A stretch of DNA of 61,801 bases, the filler included, from Choristocarpus tenellus KU-1152 (Eukaryota; Protista; Phaeophyceae), in the NCBI GenBank assembly GCA_964200185.2. It is 8 parts of 8 records of this genome, joined end to end, with 100 filler letters (N's around TTAATTAATTAA, not from the genome) between each part and the next. Parts side by side here need not be neighbours in the genome. Positions count along the whole stretch, not along the records: positions 9,242 to 22,712 come from CAXNAD020001483.1; positions 22,813 to 30,991 come from CAXNAD020005043.1; 6 more parts are not named here. One strand, 5' to 3'. A model generated the notes under the pieces. That model made no database searches. It was not told the DNA's origin and saw only the letters and a program-made list of their open reading frames with translations. Below, one piece after another: positions 14,701 to 26,701 of this stretch. Position numbers and translations under genes: made by a program. The first letter of the stretch is position 1; every line of letters starts with the position of its first letter.

Positions 14701-16545
14701 GTGGGCAAAGCAATATTCCCACTTGGTCCAGTAGGAGAGGATGGACCACATACATGATGTGAGTCTCCACTTCAGAAGAACAAGTGATCTCTGCTCATAC
14801 CCTCTAACTTGTTATCTGACAATAGCACGTTGTACCACAGTATCACAGTAACCTTATCTCATACCGTCAAACTTGTTATCTGACAATAGCATGTTGTACC
14901 ACAGTATCACAGGAACCTCATCTCATACCGTCAAACCTCCTGTGTACTACGGAGAGGAATGAGACAACTTCCCACAAAAGCCACCCAAGGTCGCCACTAC
15001 CCTGAAGTTGTTTTTTTTCATACCAAACAGATAAAAATCAAACTCATGTTCACTTCATCTGCCTCAAGTACCAACACGTTTTTATCAAGCTGCATACTTT
15101 ATTTTTACTCAGCCCTCCCTCCTTTTTGTTCATCAGTCAACACAAGAAATACTCTCCAGTTCTCATTTCACTGCAAAATTTTCCTGTTTGTTTACATCAA
15201 ATTTACATTCTCCTATCCCTGGCTTGCTTTGTTCCAGCGTGCTTTTGTACCATCTTAACTTCATATAGATCATCACACACGTCCCACTTCCTCCAATACA
15301 TGGTAGAAAATTCAATCCTTGTCAACTCCAGAAGCCAAGAAATTTATCTGCACCATATATCAGACATTGTTTTTAGACATTTTTATCATGCACCATATCC
15401 TTCACACATATCATACATCAATACATCAGGCCCCAAAGCCCCACACTCTCCAAGCATCTTGATCCAAATATCATCCACACATGTTTAAACTACATTCAAG
15501 TAGAAAAAAAAAAGAGCAGATCAAACCATCAAAAACCTAATGCCGTAGATGCTTTCAGCCCACAAAACCACATACCTCAACAAATATGCTGTAATTAACC
15601 ACCCTATTACAATAGGGCGCACTGAGCGTAGATATAATTTTGAAATCACCTTGATGTGAGCACCCTCCTCTCCAAGCACCATGCGGATGGTGTCGATGTC
15701 CTCACCCTTCCGCACAAAAGAGGCGGCAATGAAATCCACATTGTGCACTAGCCCAAAGTTCTGCAGGTCATCAATATCCTGTGCAGGGTGAAATGAATCC
15801 CCAGGTAGAGAGGTGGAGGTGGAGGTAGCAGTAGAGGGCAAAAAAATATCAAAAAGGATGGAAATAAGTTGATTGGACACGACCAGTTTATCTCCACTGC
15901 TTCAACAGACAGGTAAATTAACAGCGGGTCTTAGGCTTAGCAAACAGGATCATTCAAATCATCAAACACTTGCCAAGTTGATTGCTTGGGTTCACATTGC
16001 AAGTGTCAAAATTATGTGTGTTAAAGCCTCAAGTAATAGCAGGTGCAATACACATATTCTTCATTACGTCAACCTGAATTGAACTCCAATTCTGCTCTAC
16101 TACTAGAGCATCATCTCTTATCTCCTCACTTTCTCTGTGAGGGTAGGTAGGTCCACAATGGCTCCAGGGAGGTTCATGTTCTTACGCTCTCCAAGTACAC
16201 AGTTATTCATCACCTCAGTGATCACAGAACTGTCCACATTTAAGGCATCAAAAACAAGTTTAAGTAGTAACATTGTGGGGTGGGGGGGGCAGGAGGAGAG
16301 AAAGTTATTCATTACTGGTGATGTAGAACATTCTAGAGTAGAGGCCTTGCCTATTGGCGAACTGACAGCAATAAGTAACTGAATAGTTACAGCACCATGG
16401 TCTACATAGAATGAAAACAAAGATAGAAACCATTTGTTTCTTCTCCTACTCACCATATCTCAACTTTTGGATTTACAGTAAATTCACTCAAAAAAATAAA
16501 AATTGAATTTCAAATGTGCAACACCAAAGAGACACCTCACCCAAA

Positions 16546-16586
<41 letters not shown>

Positions 16587-18876
16587 CACATCACTACAAC
16601 CTCACAGGCACAAATCCAACCCTTCCACTTGGAGTAAACAAAACAAGCAAAAGAAAACTGAAAAAAAGTAAATTTACAAGACCCATGTATACTCACTTCA
16701 GGACACAAAAGTGCATTCAAAAATTGGGACTTGCCCTTAACCTAACCAAAACATTTACCGGGTTCAGATAATCTATAAAGAAAATAAACGCATCACAGAA
16801 TACCCTTCCAGAATAAGCCTTCGCCCCTTACCCACCCACCCCAAACCATACACAAAACGGCAACCCTCACGTCTCCTTGCACTCCTTCACAGTGAGCACC
16901 AGGGAGCCATCCGCCACAAGGATGGTGCTTCCAGGCTTAACGGTCGTAGGCAGAGACTTGTACGAGCATGCAATCTTCGTTAAGGTCAAGAGGTGGGAGT
17001 ATTATGTAGGAAGACAAAAGGGTCAAAGGGTCTTGTGGGGATAAGTAAGATTTATACCTGTCATGTTTCGATTACCCCGGTTGACATCGTTCAAGTCCAA
17101 ACTAGAAAAAGCGTCACACAGTTACATTTAAAAAAAAAAAGAAGACAACGAGTCACTCCCTGCATACATAATCGGTTGTATGATCGGTTACATAATAATC
17201 AGCATTGTCGTTTGATGCCAGCGTAAACAATTCGAGATCACCACTGACTGCACCACTTGAAAGCGCTTACAAGTACAAGGGTATCCGCTTTTATTTTTTA
17301 AGGCCAAGGCTTTTCATAAGGCAGAGGCAAGTACAAAGGACCAGCCTGCATTAAAGAAGAATTAACAAAAATCTCGGATCAAAGCCATATACTCATCAAA
17401 AACCCTTCCACTATGCAAAAGGGGCAGGTACAAGAAGCTCTTGACATATTAGGACCGTGACTGTAAGTGATGGTATTAGGGTTAGGGTTACAGTCTACCC
17501 TCTACCTACACTAAACACATACCATACAAAGCCTACCAAGTAAGGTTTCAATCAATTCTCTTGCAACTGGAACTGGGCTGGGTTCAAGTGGAGTTATGAA
17601 GGAAAAAATATATTATCTTGGATGTTTCAAGGCTATTTAAAAAATATATATATTGACCGAGGCATTCTAACAAATCTTGGCCAGGACCGGTTGACACCCT
17701 CTTACTGCTATTAACAACATTGACATGAATAACCACAGTTCAGTCCAGTAACAACATATTCCACCACAGTCATTCCATGAACATTGAATTTTTCAAAATG
17801 TCGATACCACAGGTCTACCATGGCACACAGTTCATACTCAAGTCCTTCTTTTTCTCTCCAGACCTATGACAAGCCCTGAAAATAGCGTGTTACTGCGTCA
17901 GCAAATATATACATTCTGTCAAAGGTTGTGAGGGCTAAGCTGATCGCGAACACTCAAGGGAAGGCTTGCTAGAAAGCTGCAGAGTGTACAGAGTGCAAAA
18001 CTGCCAAAACTGTCAACTCTTTATTGCCTGAGAAAAAAGTACACATGCATATCAAACACAAGAACAAAGGAGAATCAAGAAAACAGTCACATTGGCCTCC
18101 CCCAACATCTCTCTTAAAAGAGCACAGAAACTTGACAAATACAATGCACTTACTGCATCCCTTGCCTCACTGCCCCTCCACTCTTCTCCCTACACACACT
18201 TGATATACCAAACGAAAACCATAGAGGGATATTAAAAGGTTAAGACAAAAAGGCAATGCAAACCTTGTTAGAATCTCCGAGGAAATCGTAGTCAGTGGTG
18301 AGCTCCAGATCTTGCCCCTTTGTGAGGGTTGCCTTCTTCACTTCCTTATCAGCAAGGAAACCAGTGCGGATCTCTGGCCCCTGTAAAAATGGTAGTCACA
18401 ACGTGAAGGAGACGGTACGGGGGTGAGGACGAAGTTTTGTTCTAGGGATGTAGGGCTCGACAAGAGGGCGCAGTGCACTTATTAGCTAAATTGAGCAGCG
18501 AAGAGTACTCCATTCGACTGCTTCTGTGGAAAGAGGTGCATAGTTTACTCAGATTCAAGTGAGATTCGAAGAGTTGGAAGTCTTGGTTCAGGACCATGTA
18601 CGAGACATTTTTCCATCACATTGTGGACAAGCTACCTTTGTGTCAAGCATGACTGCAACATGTTTGTTGCGGCGCTTGGCTAGCGCCTGTCTGAGGCGCT
18701 GCAGGGTGGCTGCATGACCCTCATGGTCGCCGTGGCTGAAGTTCAGACGGGCAACATTCATACCCGCGTCAACGAGGTTACCAAGCATCTCAACCGACCA
18801 GCAGGCAGGTCCCAAAGTACAGATAATCTTTGTCTTCCGCTTGGACACATCGCAATCGTCAAAGATTTTGTTCTTG
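11720..18876 (-). CDS. PK: Pyruvate kinase (first exon not resolved)
   Basis: In-phase GT-AG exons: 18636-18876 ([33 protein letters not shown]), 18264-18380 (GPEIRTG), 16871-16974 (ILVADGSL), 16130-16229 ([11 protein letters not shown]), 15650-15778 (FIAASFVRK), 14403-14519 ([20 protein letters not shown]), 13823-13923 (ATQMLESM), 13438-13609 (PTRAE..MLSGETA), 12605-12847 ([16 protein letters not shown]), 11720-11881 (..[11 protein letters not shown]). Confidence 0.97.
14794..14936. repeat. 64-bp tandem duplication (~2.2 copies) in a pyruvate kinase intron
   Basis: CTCATACC..AACTTGTTATCTGACAATAGCA.. recurs at 14794, 14858 and 14922. Confidence 0.85.
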
Positions 18877-20070
18877 CTAAGGAGAGAGGGATCAGATGGG
18901 TGGTGAAGCAGGAGCGATGCCTAGGTTAGAGAGTGAAAAGCTTGGCGGACCAGCATCAACAAGAACAAAAAAACAAAACAGGTCTATTGGAATTTCACTA
19001 CCCCACCTTGGACACTATAATTGAAACACCAGACAACAGCAATATATGCACGTTCACGAACACAGGAATGAACTCTCATGGAAGATGAAGAGTTGAACCC
19101 ACCAGAACCACTCACCCAAGCAATAAGAACTGTTCCAAAGGGAGTCGATCAAACACATTAGTAAAGAATACGTGGCAGTTGTGACAAGATGTCCTGACTA
19201 TTTCCCTGATATCTGGTAGTATTCTCTCGTGCTCTCTTTCCTATCCTTACGCTGGACAAAGTTCGACAGTAGTTGGGACGTGTCGCCCCGTGATGTAGAT
19301 TAGAGGCAGTACAATTAGACATGCACAAGTTACTACACCTCCTGTTTTCGAGCAGAGATGGGCTTTCACTTCGATCTATCCTTGGCTTCACACATAAACC
19401 CTCAACCCATACATCCTACAACAATGACTGTACCAAAGGAAGGCCAACCAATAGATAGAGTGCCCACCTGATGTTCGAACCACGGAGTAGAGTTGTAGAC
19501 ATGGCTATCCAACTGGCTAATAGATAGTTGGTGCAAACTAAGCAGGCGAAGAAGAATGATCTTGTGTTTTGTGGACAGGAGTGCCTGTTCAAGTCCAAAA
19601 TGCACTTGTACACAACCGTTGTTAATGGAGGTCAACTCCCCTAAAAGTTCAGTTCATCCTCCAAAAATAATCCTCAGATCTTGCTCGTATTGATATGAAA
19701 TTATTTCACGAATATTTTTAAGTTTCACGTATTATGGAACAATCTTTAACCACTATAAACATAGATAAATTGCATAATGATGATGACGAACAATGGTCTT
19801 GCTATCCTATTGGCTGTCCCAGTTGTGAAATTCTCCTATTTACTGCCCTTTGTCTTCATGGTCCAATTTGGAGGTGGATAACAATATACTACGTTTACTA
19901 TCTATCAATTATCAGTAATTTGATCAAACTATTATTCACACAGATTTGATGCATTATAGAGTGATAGTAATATTAAAGAGATCTTGGAACACAATGGTCA
20001 ATGATGGTTAATGAAGTCTGTTTCTTCGATAAATTATATACTTCTATCTTAAAGCGACGTATTGGAACTG

Positions 20071-20250
20071 GAGGAGTTAGTTATGTTTTGGAAATCGTTT
20101 TTATTTTAATCTCCAACTACAACGTAGTTACTCACTCATTTGTTATGTCCTCCTTAATAGAGGAGTTAGTTATGTTTTGGAAATCGTTTTTATTTTAACC
20201 TCCAATTATAAACGTCGTTACTCACTCATTTGTCATGTCCTCCTTAATAG
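20071..20250. repeat. ~90-bp tandem duplication
   Basis: GGAGTTAGTTATGTTTTGGAAATCG...TCCTCCTTAATAG occurs twice. Confidence 0.85.
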
Positions 20251-21404
20251 TTTTATTTCTATATTTCAACAAATCTCACTCACCATCTCTAGTTTTTCCT
20301 CTAAACAATAGTTTCAAATCAATACTAAACTACTATGGTGTTCTCACTTTCGACATTATTAAGTGAATTGTGAGGGACAGGTCGCCTTTTTGGGATCCCT
20401 CGACACTTATCAGGATAATACGCGCGGTCATATACATATACGCGCGTCACCTTTTGGTATTGAGACCAGGTCAAGTGATGTTGTGTGGGTCAGACACACG
20501 ACTGGCTCGAGGTAACCCCGACATGAAGGGTGGATTCAAACCAGCAAAGTTCGAGATTGTGTTTTCTGTTCTGACTGATCACAACCAATCACAGTAAAGA
20601 TTGATCCACATGGCACTCTGAGACTGTCGACATACACCCAGCATGCCTCAGTCTCATCTTTCACTTTCTGAACCTCATCTCTGGTGGTTCTCATCACCCC
20701 CCGTCACACAGAACCAGGCCCCTTAACAGAACAATTGATTTATGTGTCGAATGGTGGGACTTCAGGAGTAACTTTTTTCGCTTAATAATGTAATCAACCT
20801 GTATATGCTACAATAACGGTGTAAGATCAGGTTCAACGACGCTACATCAACACATATATGTAAGGATGATGACCATATAACTTCGGCAACACAACATTAC
20901 ACAGTATATCTTACCCAATCAAGTCATCTGAATCACAACCTCAACCTGACTTCCAAACACCCAACCCTGCCCACCACTTATTTACATCACAACGGAAATA
21001 ATACATGAAGGTACGTTCTTTAGCCTTTACGTAGAACTCAATATACATCTATGGTCCAAAATTCATAACCACAACACTGATCCTCCAGCTTCCCCCTTCA
21101 ACCCCTCCACCTTACCTCATTTGACTGTTTTTTGTGTTGGTGCAGGATTTTATATCCCCTTTACGGATGACGTATCCACTTTCATACGAGTTTCACGACG
21201 TAGACTGAGAGAGGTTCATATCTATCTTCGACCTTCAAGTCTAAGTCTCTACTGCACCAGCGTTGTTTTAATGGAAAATATGTTTTCCACTATCCCGAGT
21301 TGTCCTACCAACTACTTACTATACATAGTAGGAATTCTTCACACCACGCAGGTTGACCCCGATTTACAGAAATCATCAGCATAATAAACTAGTTTCAGAA
21401 CCGA

Positions 21405-21472
21405 GTATGGTGTATGGTGTATGGTGTGTGGTGTATGGTGTGTGGTGTGTGGTGTGTGGTGTGTGGTGTGTG
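21405..21472. repeat. (GTGTG/GTATG)n pentamer microsatellite
   Basis: Directly visible. Confidence 0.85.
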
Positions 21473-22210
21473 GATGCTACCAATACAGTGTATGGTACGA
21501 TACTACAGATGTAGTGGGTGTGACCAACCAACCAATGGAACGGGTCTGGATATAGTCTCAAGACTATATAATATGAAGAATGATAATTCGTACTATATAC
21601 TTCTCAGAACTAATCAGATATAGTGTAGAATAATAATACCTACAATCTAACACCATTCGGAACAACAGCAACGATATGTGCACCTAAGTTCTCAATCTCA
21701 ATTTTCCTGCTTTTTCCCCTGACACATCGGTAAAATTTTAGGGTTAGGTCTAATAAAATAAAGTAATTTTTTATATCATAAAGTATACACTATCAACAAC
21801 GATGTGTGCAAAACCCAAAAATGATATCTGGTTATGGGATGAATGAGGGTGTGTGGGGGGGTGATCACCAACAGGGTTCCTTGTGAAGAGTAGACCCTTG
21901 TTAGATATGTCAACTGGCAGCAAGTCGTCAAGTACAATCCTAGTGAGGATCAAAATGGAGAACCCTTTCCATACCATAGTACGACTATTGACACCTATAT
22001 TTGTAATAATAACTTCATCCTTCCATTAGTTAGAATTATTTTTTTAAGGGGGTGGACACACAATCAAAGTCTTTGTAAAAGCATGCTTTTGAGGTTTTTT
22101 AGCGAACGTGACAATCTGTTACACTTGCAAAAATAATATATAGTGCTTTACAGTGTTTAGGAAATCGGTGTACAAAATGTTTTTATACCTATAGTACCTC
22201 TAGCATGATA

Positions 22211-22521
22211 CCAGTCTTGATTTTATTGGAAGGGTTACCCAACGATTTAAACGACGATCAGCATATCGAATAAAAGCTCTTGATCTAAGCTACCGATATC
22301 CGGAAAGGAATTCTTTCGGAGAAATATTTTGGTAAGGTTGAATTTTAACCGAATGTTTTCGGCACAACCTTGGAAATGCTCCGGAATGAATTAACGCAAC
22401 CAAAAATATCTTCTGAAAGAAGTCCTTTGCGAAAATCCATAGCCTAGACCCATAGCTTTCATTTGATATGCTGATGGTCGATTAACTCGTTGGTCAACCT
22501 TTTCAAAACAATCAAGATTGG
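22211..22521. mobile_element. MITE family B, copy 1 (~310 bp, ~80-bp imperfect TIR)
   Basis: TA|CCAGTCTTGATT..CAGCATATCGAATAAAAGCT.. is inverted to ..AGCTTTCATTTGATATGCTG..AATCAAGATTGG. Second copy at 39603-40123. Confidence 0.8.
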
Positions 22522-22589
22522 TCACCGCCAAAACGGTACGTGGGCTAACCTCGGCTTAATACTGTTTAAGCCACTCACAGGATACGATT

Positions 22590-22712
22590 CTGGTTGAGCA
22601 TCATCGAGGACACTGCTTGACACTTTCAAAGTACCACCGTGAACTGAAACCGATAGAGATGGTTTGGGGGTGGGCGAAGCACTATTTACAAGGCCACTGT
22701 GACTACACATTG
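22590..22712 (+). pseudogene. IS630/Tc1/mariner (Sagan-like) transposase C-terminal fragment
   Basis: Translates GHCLTLSKYHRELKPIEMVWGWAKHYLQGHCDYTL, matching the LPKYHCELNPIE..W..AK catalytic-E motif. Cut by the contig end. Confidence 0.75.
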
Positions 22713-22812
22713 NNNNNNNNNNNNNNNNNNNNNNNNNNNNNNNNNNNNNNNNNNNNTTAATTAATTAANNNNNNNNNNNNNNNNNNNNNNNNNNNNNNNN
22801 NNNNNNNNNNNN

Positions 22813-22879
<67 letters not shown>

Positions 22880-22884
22880 ACACA
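22813..22884. repeat. (CA)n microsatellite at contig start
   Basis: Directly visible. Confidence 0.95.
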
Positions 22885-23026
22885 GTTAATTTTCCTTCCT
22901 AAATTTCAACCCTGCAATGCACCGTGTGAAGTACATCGCGTGGAGATATGCTGCAGTTGTAATTTCACACAGTGTAAATAGAGAGGAAGCGGTTCTCGAC
23001 CTCGAGCGAGGATTCAACAGCCCCTC

Positions 23027-23076
<50 letters not shown>

Positions 23077-23220
23077 TTTTTTTTCCTTTGGGTCCAACCC
23101 CGGCTTGGTTTTTCTGTTCCTTGAAAAACTTTTTCCAGCCCCCATTGGNNNNNNNNNNCCCAACTGCGCAATGGGGGGGAGGTGGTTGTGGGCTTTGGGG
23201 GGGTATTCGTCGGCCCCTCG

Positions 23221-23251
<31 letters not shown>

Positions 23252-23332
23252 TTTCTGTTTGGGTAAAAACATTTTTACCCTTGGGGACAACACCGGGCAT
23301 GGTTTTCCTGTGCCTTGAAAAACTGGTTCCAG

Positions 23333-24252
23333 ACACAATGGGAACATCCTTGTAAATGCTGAGGGCAGGATCATCCACATTGACTTCGGGTTCTTCCTTT
23401 CCAGCTCTCCGGGCAACAATCTCAGCTTTGAGTCCGCTCCATTTAAGCTCACCGGCAGTTTCCTGGATGTGATGGGTGGCGTGCAATCTCGATGTTTCCG
23501 GGAGTTCCGCGATCTCTGTGTGGCTTCATTCCTTGCCTTGCGAAGGAATTCCCAGGTAGGCGGAACAGTAGTGAATCTTGACATGTTTGATTGAGGTTGG
23601 GTGGGGGGGGGGGAGTATTCCAAACCGCATTTCACTGGATGCTTCATGCCGTGCTTGTGACAACTACAGACAGGTATGATCTTGAGCAAGAGATGGAAGG
23701 AAGTGGTACCCCTTTTGTGTCAAGTAACAAGTGTAATTAATGTCTGTGCTCCAACAAAAGTTTTTTTTTTCCTGTTTTTTTTTTTCAATGTGGTATTCCC
23801 CGTAGTGTACAAGGAGAGTTAGTGCTGAGACAACAATCCCTCTTCTTTGAATTAATCCAAAGCCAGAGGGTGAAAGCTGCTCTCAAGTCTCTTGCCACTT
23901 TCCTGCTTTCACCCTTCCAATCCTTCCAGTCTCTCGCGTCCCTATCCCTGACTTTTTCATTTCTCTTTGTAGTCCTCCTCGCTCACCCAAACTCCCCTCC
24001 ATCCACCATGCTGTGTTGATTCAATAGGAAGTGGTTCTGTTGGTCGAGATGATGGCCAGCGGGAACGAGACCCTTGCCTGCTTCCAGGGTCGGCCTCAAG
24101 AAACAGCACGTGAGCTTGCGGAACGATTCCGCCCCGAGCTCAATGACAAGGCCTGCGAAGAGTTTGTTCATGACCTCATTAAGAGGTCTGTGGGCAGCTG
24201 GCGCACACTGTGGTATGATAAGTATCAGCGCCTGTGGTCTGGGATTTACTGA
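23333..24252 (+). CDS. PI4K: Phosphatidylinositol 4-kinase (type III-like), last two exons
   Basis: Exon 23333-23555: (R)HNGNILVNAEGRIIHIDFGFFLSSSPGNNLSFESAPFKLT..FLALRRNSQ. Exon 24028-24252: EVVLLVEMM..WRTLWYDKYQRLWSGIY*. These are classic PI4K catalytic and C-terminal motifs. Confidence 0.93.
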
Positions 24253-24388
24253 TGGTTCGGTGTTTTGTTGACGTTGCTAACTGTGAAGCGAATTTTGGAA
24301 CCAATTGTTGTGTGGAACTTACCAAAAGTTTATCAAACATGCCTTGATATCAGTTTAGTTTTTTTTTTGGGGGGGCGGGGGGGGGTGC

Positions 24389-24532
24389 GGGGGTGACATT
24401 GTTATGTTGTAGTGATAGTGCAAGCGAATTAAATAAGGGGGTGACATTGTTATGTTGTAGTGATAGTGCAAGCGAATTAAATAAGGGGGTGACATTGTTA
24501 TGTTGTAGTGATAGTGCAAGCGAATTAAATAA
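24389..24532. repeat. Perfect 48-bp tandem repeat x3
   Basis: GGGGGTGACATTGTTATGTTGTAGTGATAGTGCAAGCGAATTAAATAA three times with no spacers. Confidence 0.95.
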
Positions 24533-25479
24533 GTACAGTTTCTGGCTGTGTGGTGCTGTGGTTTGGTCCCAGTTGCAAGGGAGACCATTCTTTTTGAGGT
24601 TGATTCCAGACTTGCATCCCAAGAGATGTCCCCCAGGGGCAAATGTCTTAGTGATGCATCAAACAGGAGGTGGCCAGCTTCTGTAGGTCACAAGGCAGCA
24701 ATTTTGATATGCATATCCTTTGCCAAAATTGCTTGTGTTAATGATCTATTCTCCAAGGCTCTGCCTTCTACTCTCTCTTGAGTCATTATGCAGGTTGCAT
24801 GGAAGTGTCTCCTGTTGCATGTACTTCTGTTGTAAAGATCAAGAAACTGTTGGACCTAGTACTGTGTGTGAATGGGAGGCCGAAATATTGAGTACTGTTG
24901 GAATTGCCTTTAAGTTACACCTGTATGTTAAGTTTTTTTTACGTGCATTACCTTAGGACTTACGTGTTTTTTTGTGAGTAGGGGGATTTTGCATAGTAAT
25001 AATTTTGTTTTCCTATCAGATGTGCAGCTCTTATTTCGTCCCTTCCTTTGCTGACCAATTGTTATCTTTTTTTCATTCTAGTTTCAGCCATATCCATTTT
25101 TTCGTTGGCTTTAAATTGAGTATTAATGGCAGTCAGTCAAATGCAATGTCCTCCCTTTCAGCAACTGTTGTTTACCGGAGAGCAGAGCAAAATTTTAATT
25201 ATTTATCAACAACGATCTATTTGGGGTGAGATGGGGCAGCCATTAATTTTTTTTTTTTTCAGTGTGATCACGAGACTCCCCTGGCTTTCGTAATTGAAAA
25301 GCAACTGTAGAAATATGGGTTGCATACATAGATGTAGGTTCATCATCTCCAGCAGGTAACAAATCTGATACCAGCACAAATCCCGATATTAAAATGCATG
25401 GGTAAGTTAGGAGTGAGGGGGTGAGGACGATAGGAGTTGAAGGGTCCATGTTCTTGTGGCTCAGTGCAGTGGTCAAGGA

Positions 25480-26340
25480 AAATGTATCCTCCACGGATTT
25501 TGGGGGTTCAAATCTGATCAAAATCAAACTTATTTTTTATTGAAGCCTGGTATCAATGTGGCAACCACAACAGATTGTACCCCTACTGGTGCTATTGTAT
25601 CCATGCAAGAGCCAAAACCCCCCAAAACATCGGTCCAAGATCGATATACAGAAGGTTGTAGTGAGTCCACCACAAGATTTGCGAGAGGTGATGGAACGAC
25701 AAGCAGTGGATTGCTGATCCCAAGGTACGTCCAGAGGCAATGTACAATTAATCTTACTTAGTACAACAGTTGGTTCCAGTTGGAATACTTTGTTTACCTT
25801 GAAGGTACCATGTCAAAGGCGGAGTTGTTTCTGGAAATATATCCAAGTGCTTTTTGACAGGACCAAAGATGTATACATCACTTGGGAACAAGATCCACAA
25901 GCTCAATACCGAAGTACTTGATTGAGGTTGTGTCTCATGGTTGTATGGCATGGATACTCCATCAGGTCCACCATATGAAGCTTGGCTCCCATCTCCATCA
26001 ATTCCTCCTACACTGTATTGTTGAATTTCTGAAATGGGAATGCATTTGATCACATACTGCTCTTTGGAGATGCCCTTCTTAAGGCAATACTAGGTGTGAG
26101 AGTGTCAAGGTGACTGTGCAAAAACAGATGGACTCCTATGTGCAGGGTCAGTTGCATGGGAGGGGGATGAACAACTTTTCGAGGTGATGTTTGGGGAACT
26201 TGCAGATGGGAAACGGAAGTGAGGTGGATAAGGGAAGGACTGGTGGATGTGCCTGCAAGACAACCTCAAGAAGTTTGGGATGGCAATTGAGGGTTGGAGC
26301 ACCAGGGCTACCAAGCCATGACGGCGTTCCGAATGTGTGG
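25480..26340 (+). mobile_element. Decayed RTE-clade LINE, 3' part
   Basis: Frameshifted fragments FVYLEG, HQFLLHCI, DHILLFGDALLK, CESVKVTV and VMFGELADGKRK*GG*GKDWWMCLQDNLKKFGMAIEGW match the post-RT tail of RTE LINEs. Confidence 0.8.
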
Positions 26341-26701
26341 TTGGCAGATATATCCTTCAAGTTCTTTGTGACAAGAACATTTGTTACGTATCGCCAGTAT
26401 GAAAATAGGCCATCGTTTTCTGGAAAGAAAACCCCCCCTTCAAATTAGTAACTTTTTTGCACCATGTCCCCCTAGAGCTCTGCCAATATAAACCTAGATA
26501 TGACGTAAGTCTACTCGCATGGTGTGCACTTCAAACGATAGTGTCAAAAGTACAATAAAGAAAGTCTGAAAGCGATTGCCTAATCGTACGTATTATGGTG
26601 CAGAATTTAGATTATCGAACTGGAAAATAGTATCCTCTACTTGATGTCAGTACGGTACAATTGGGGAAGAGACAACACAACCACACACAACAAAGAAGCC
26701 G

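Noticed and set aside
15630-15649. Intron start reads VISKL in frame, echoing next exon IIAKI
   Set aside because: Too short to separate from chance, and the genuine exon is at 14403-14519.
18877-21130. Candidate first exons of pyruvate kinase (donors near 19007, 19115, 19250, 21115)
   Set aside because: Several fit in phase and none can be chosen from sequence alone.
22886-23689. Longest ORF (267 aa, minus strand, poly-Lys)
   Set aside because: Antisense to a PI4K exon and runs through poly-T tracts and an N gap.
24389-24532. CRISPR-like appearance of the 48-bp repeat (also the 51-bp and 26-bp repeats)
   Set aside because: Units are contiguous with no unique spacers, there are no cas genes, and the context is eukaryotic.
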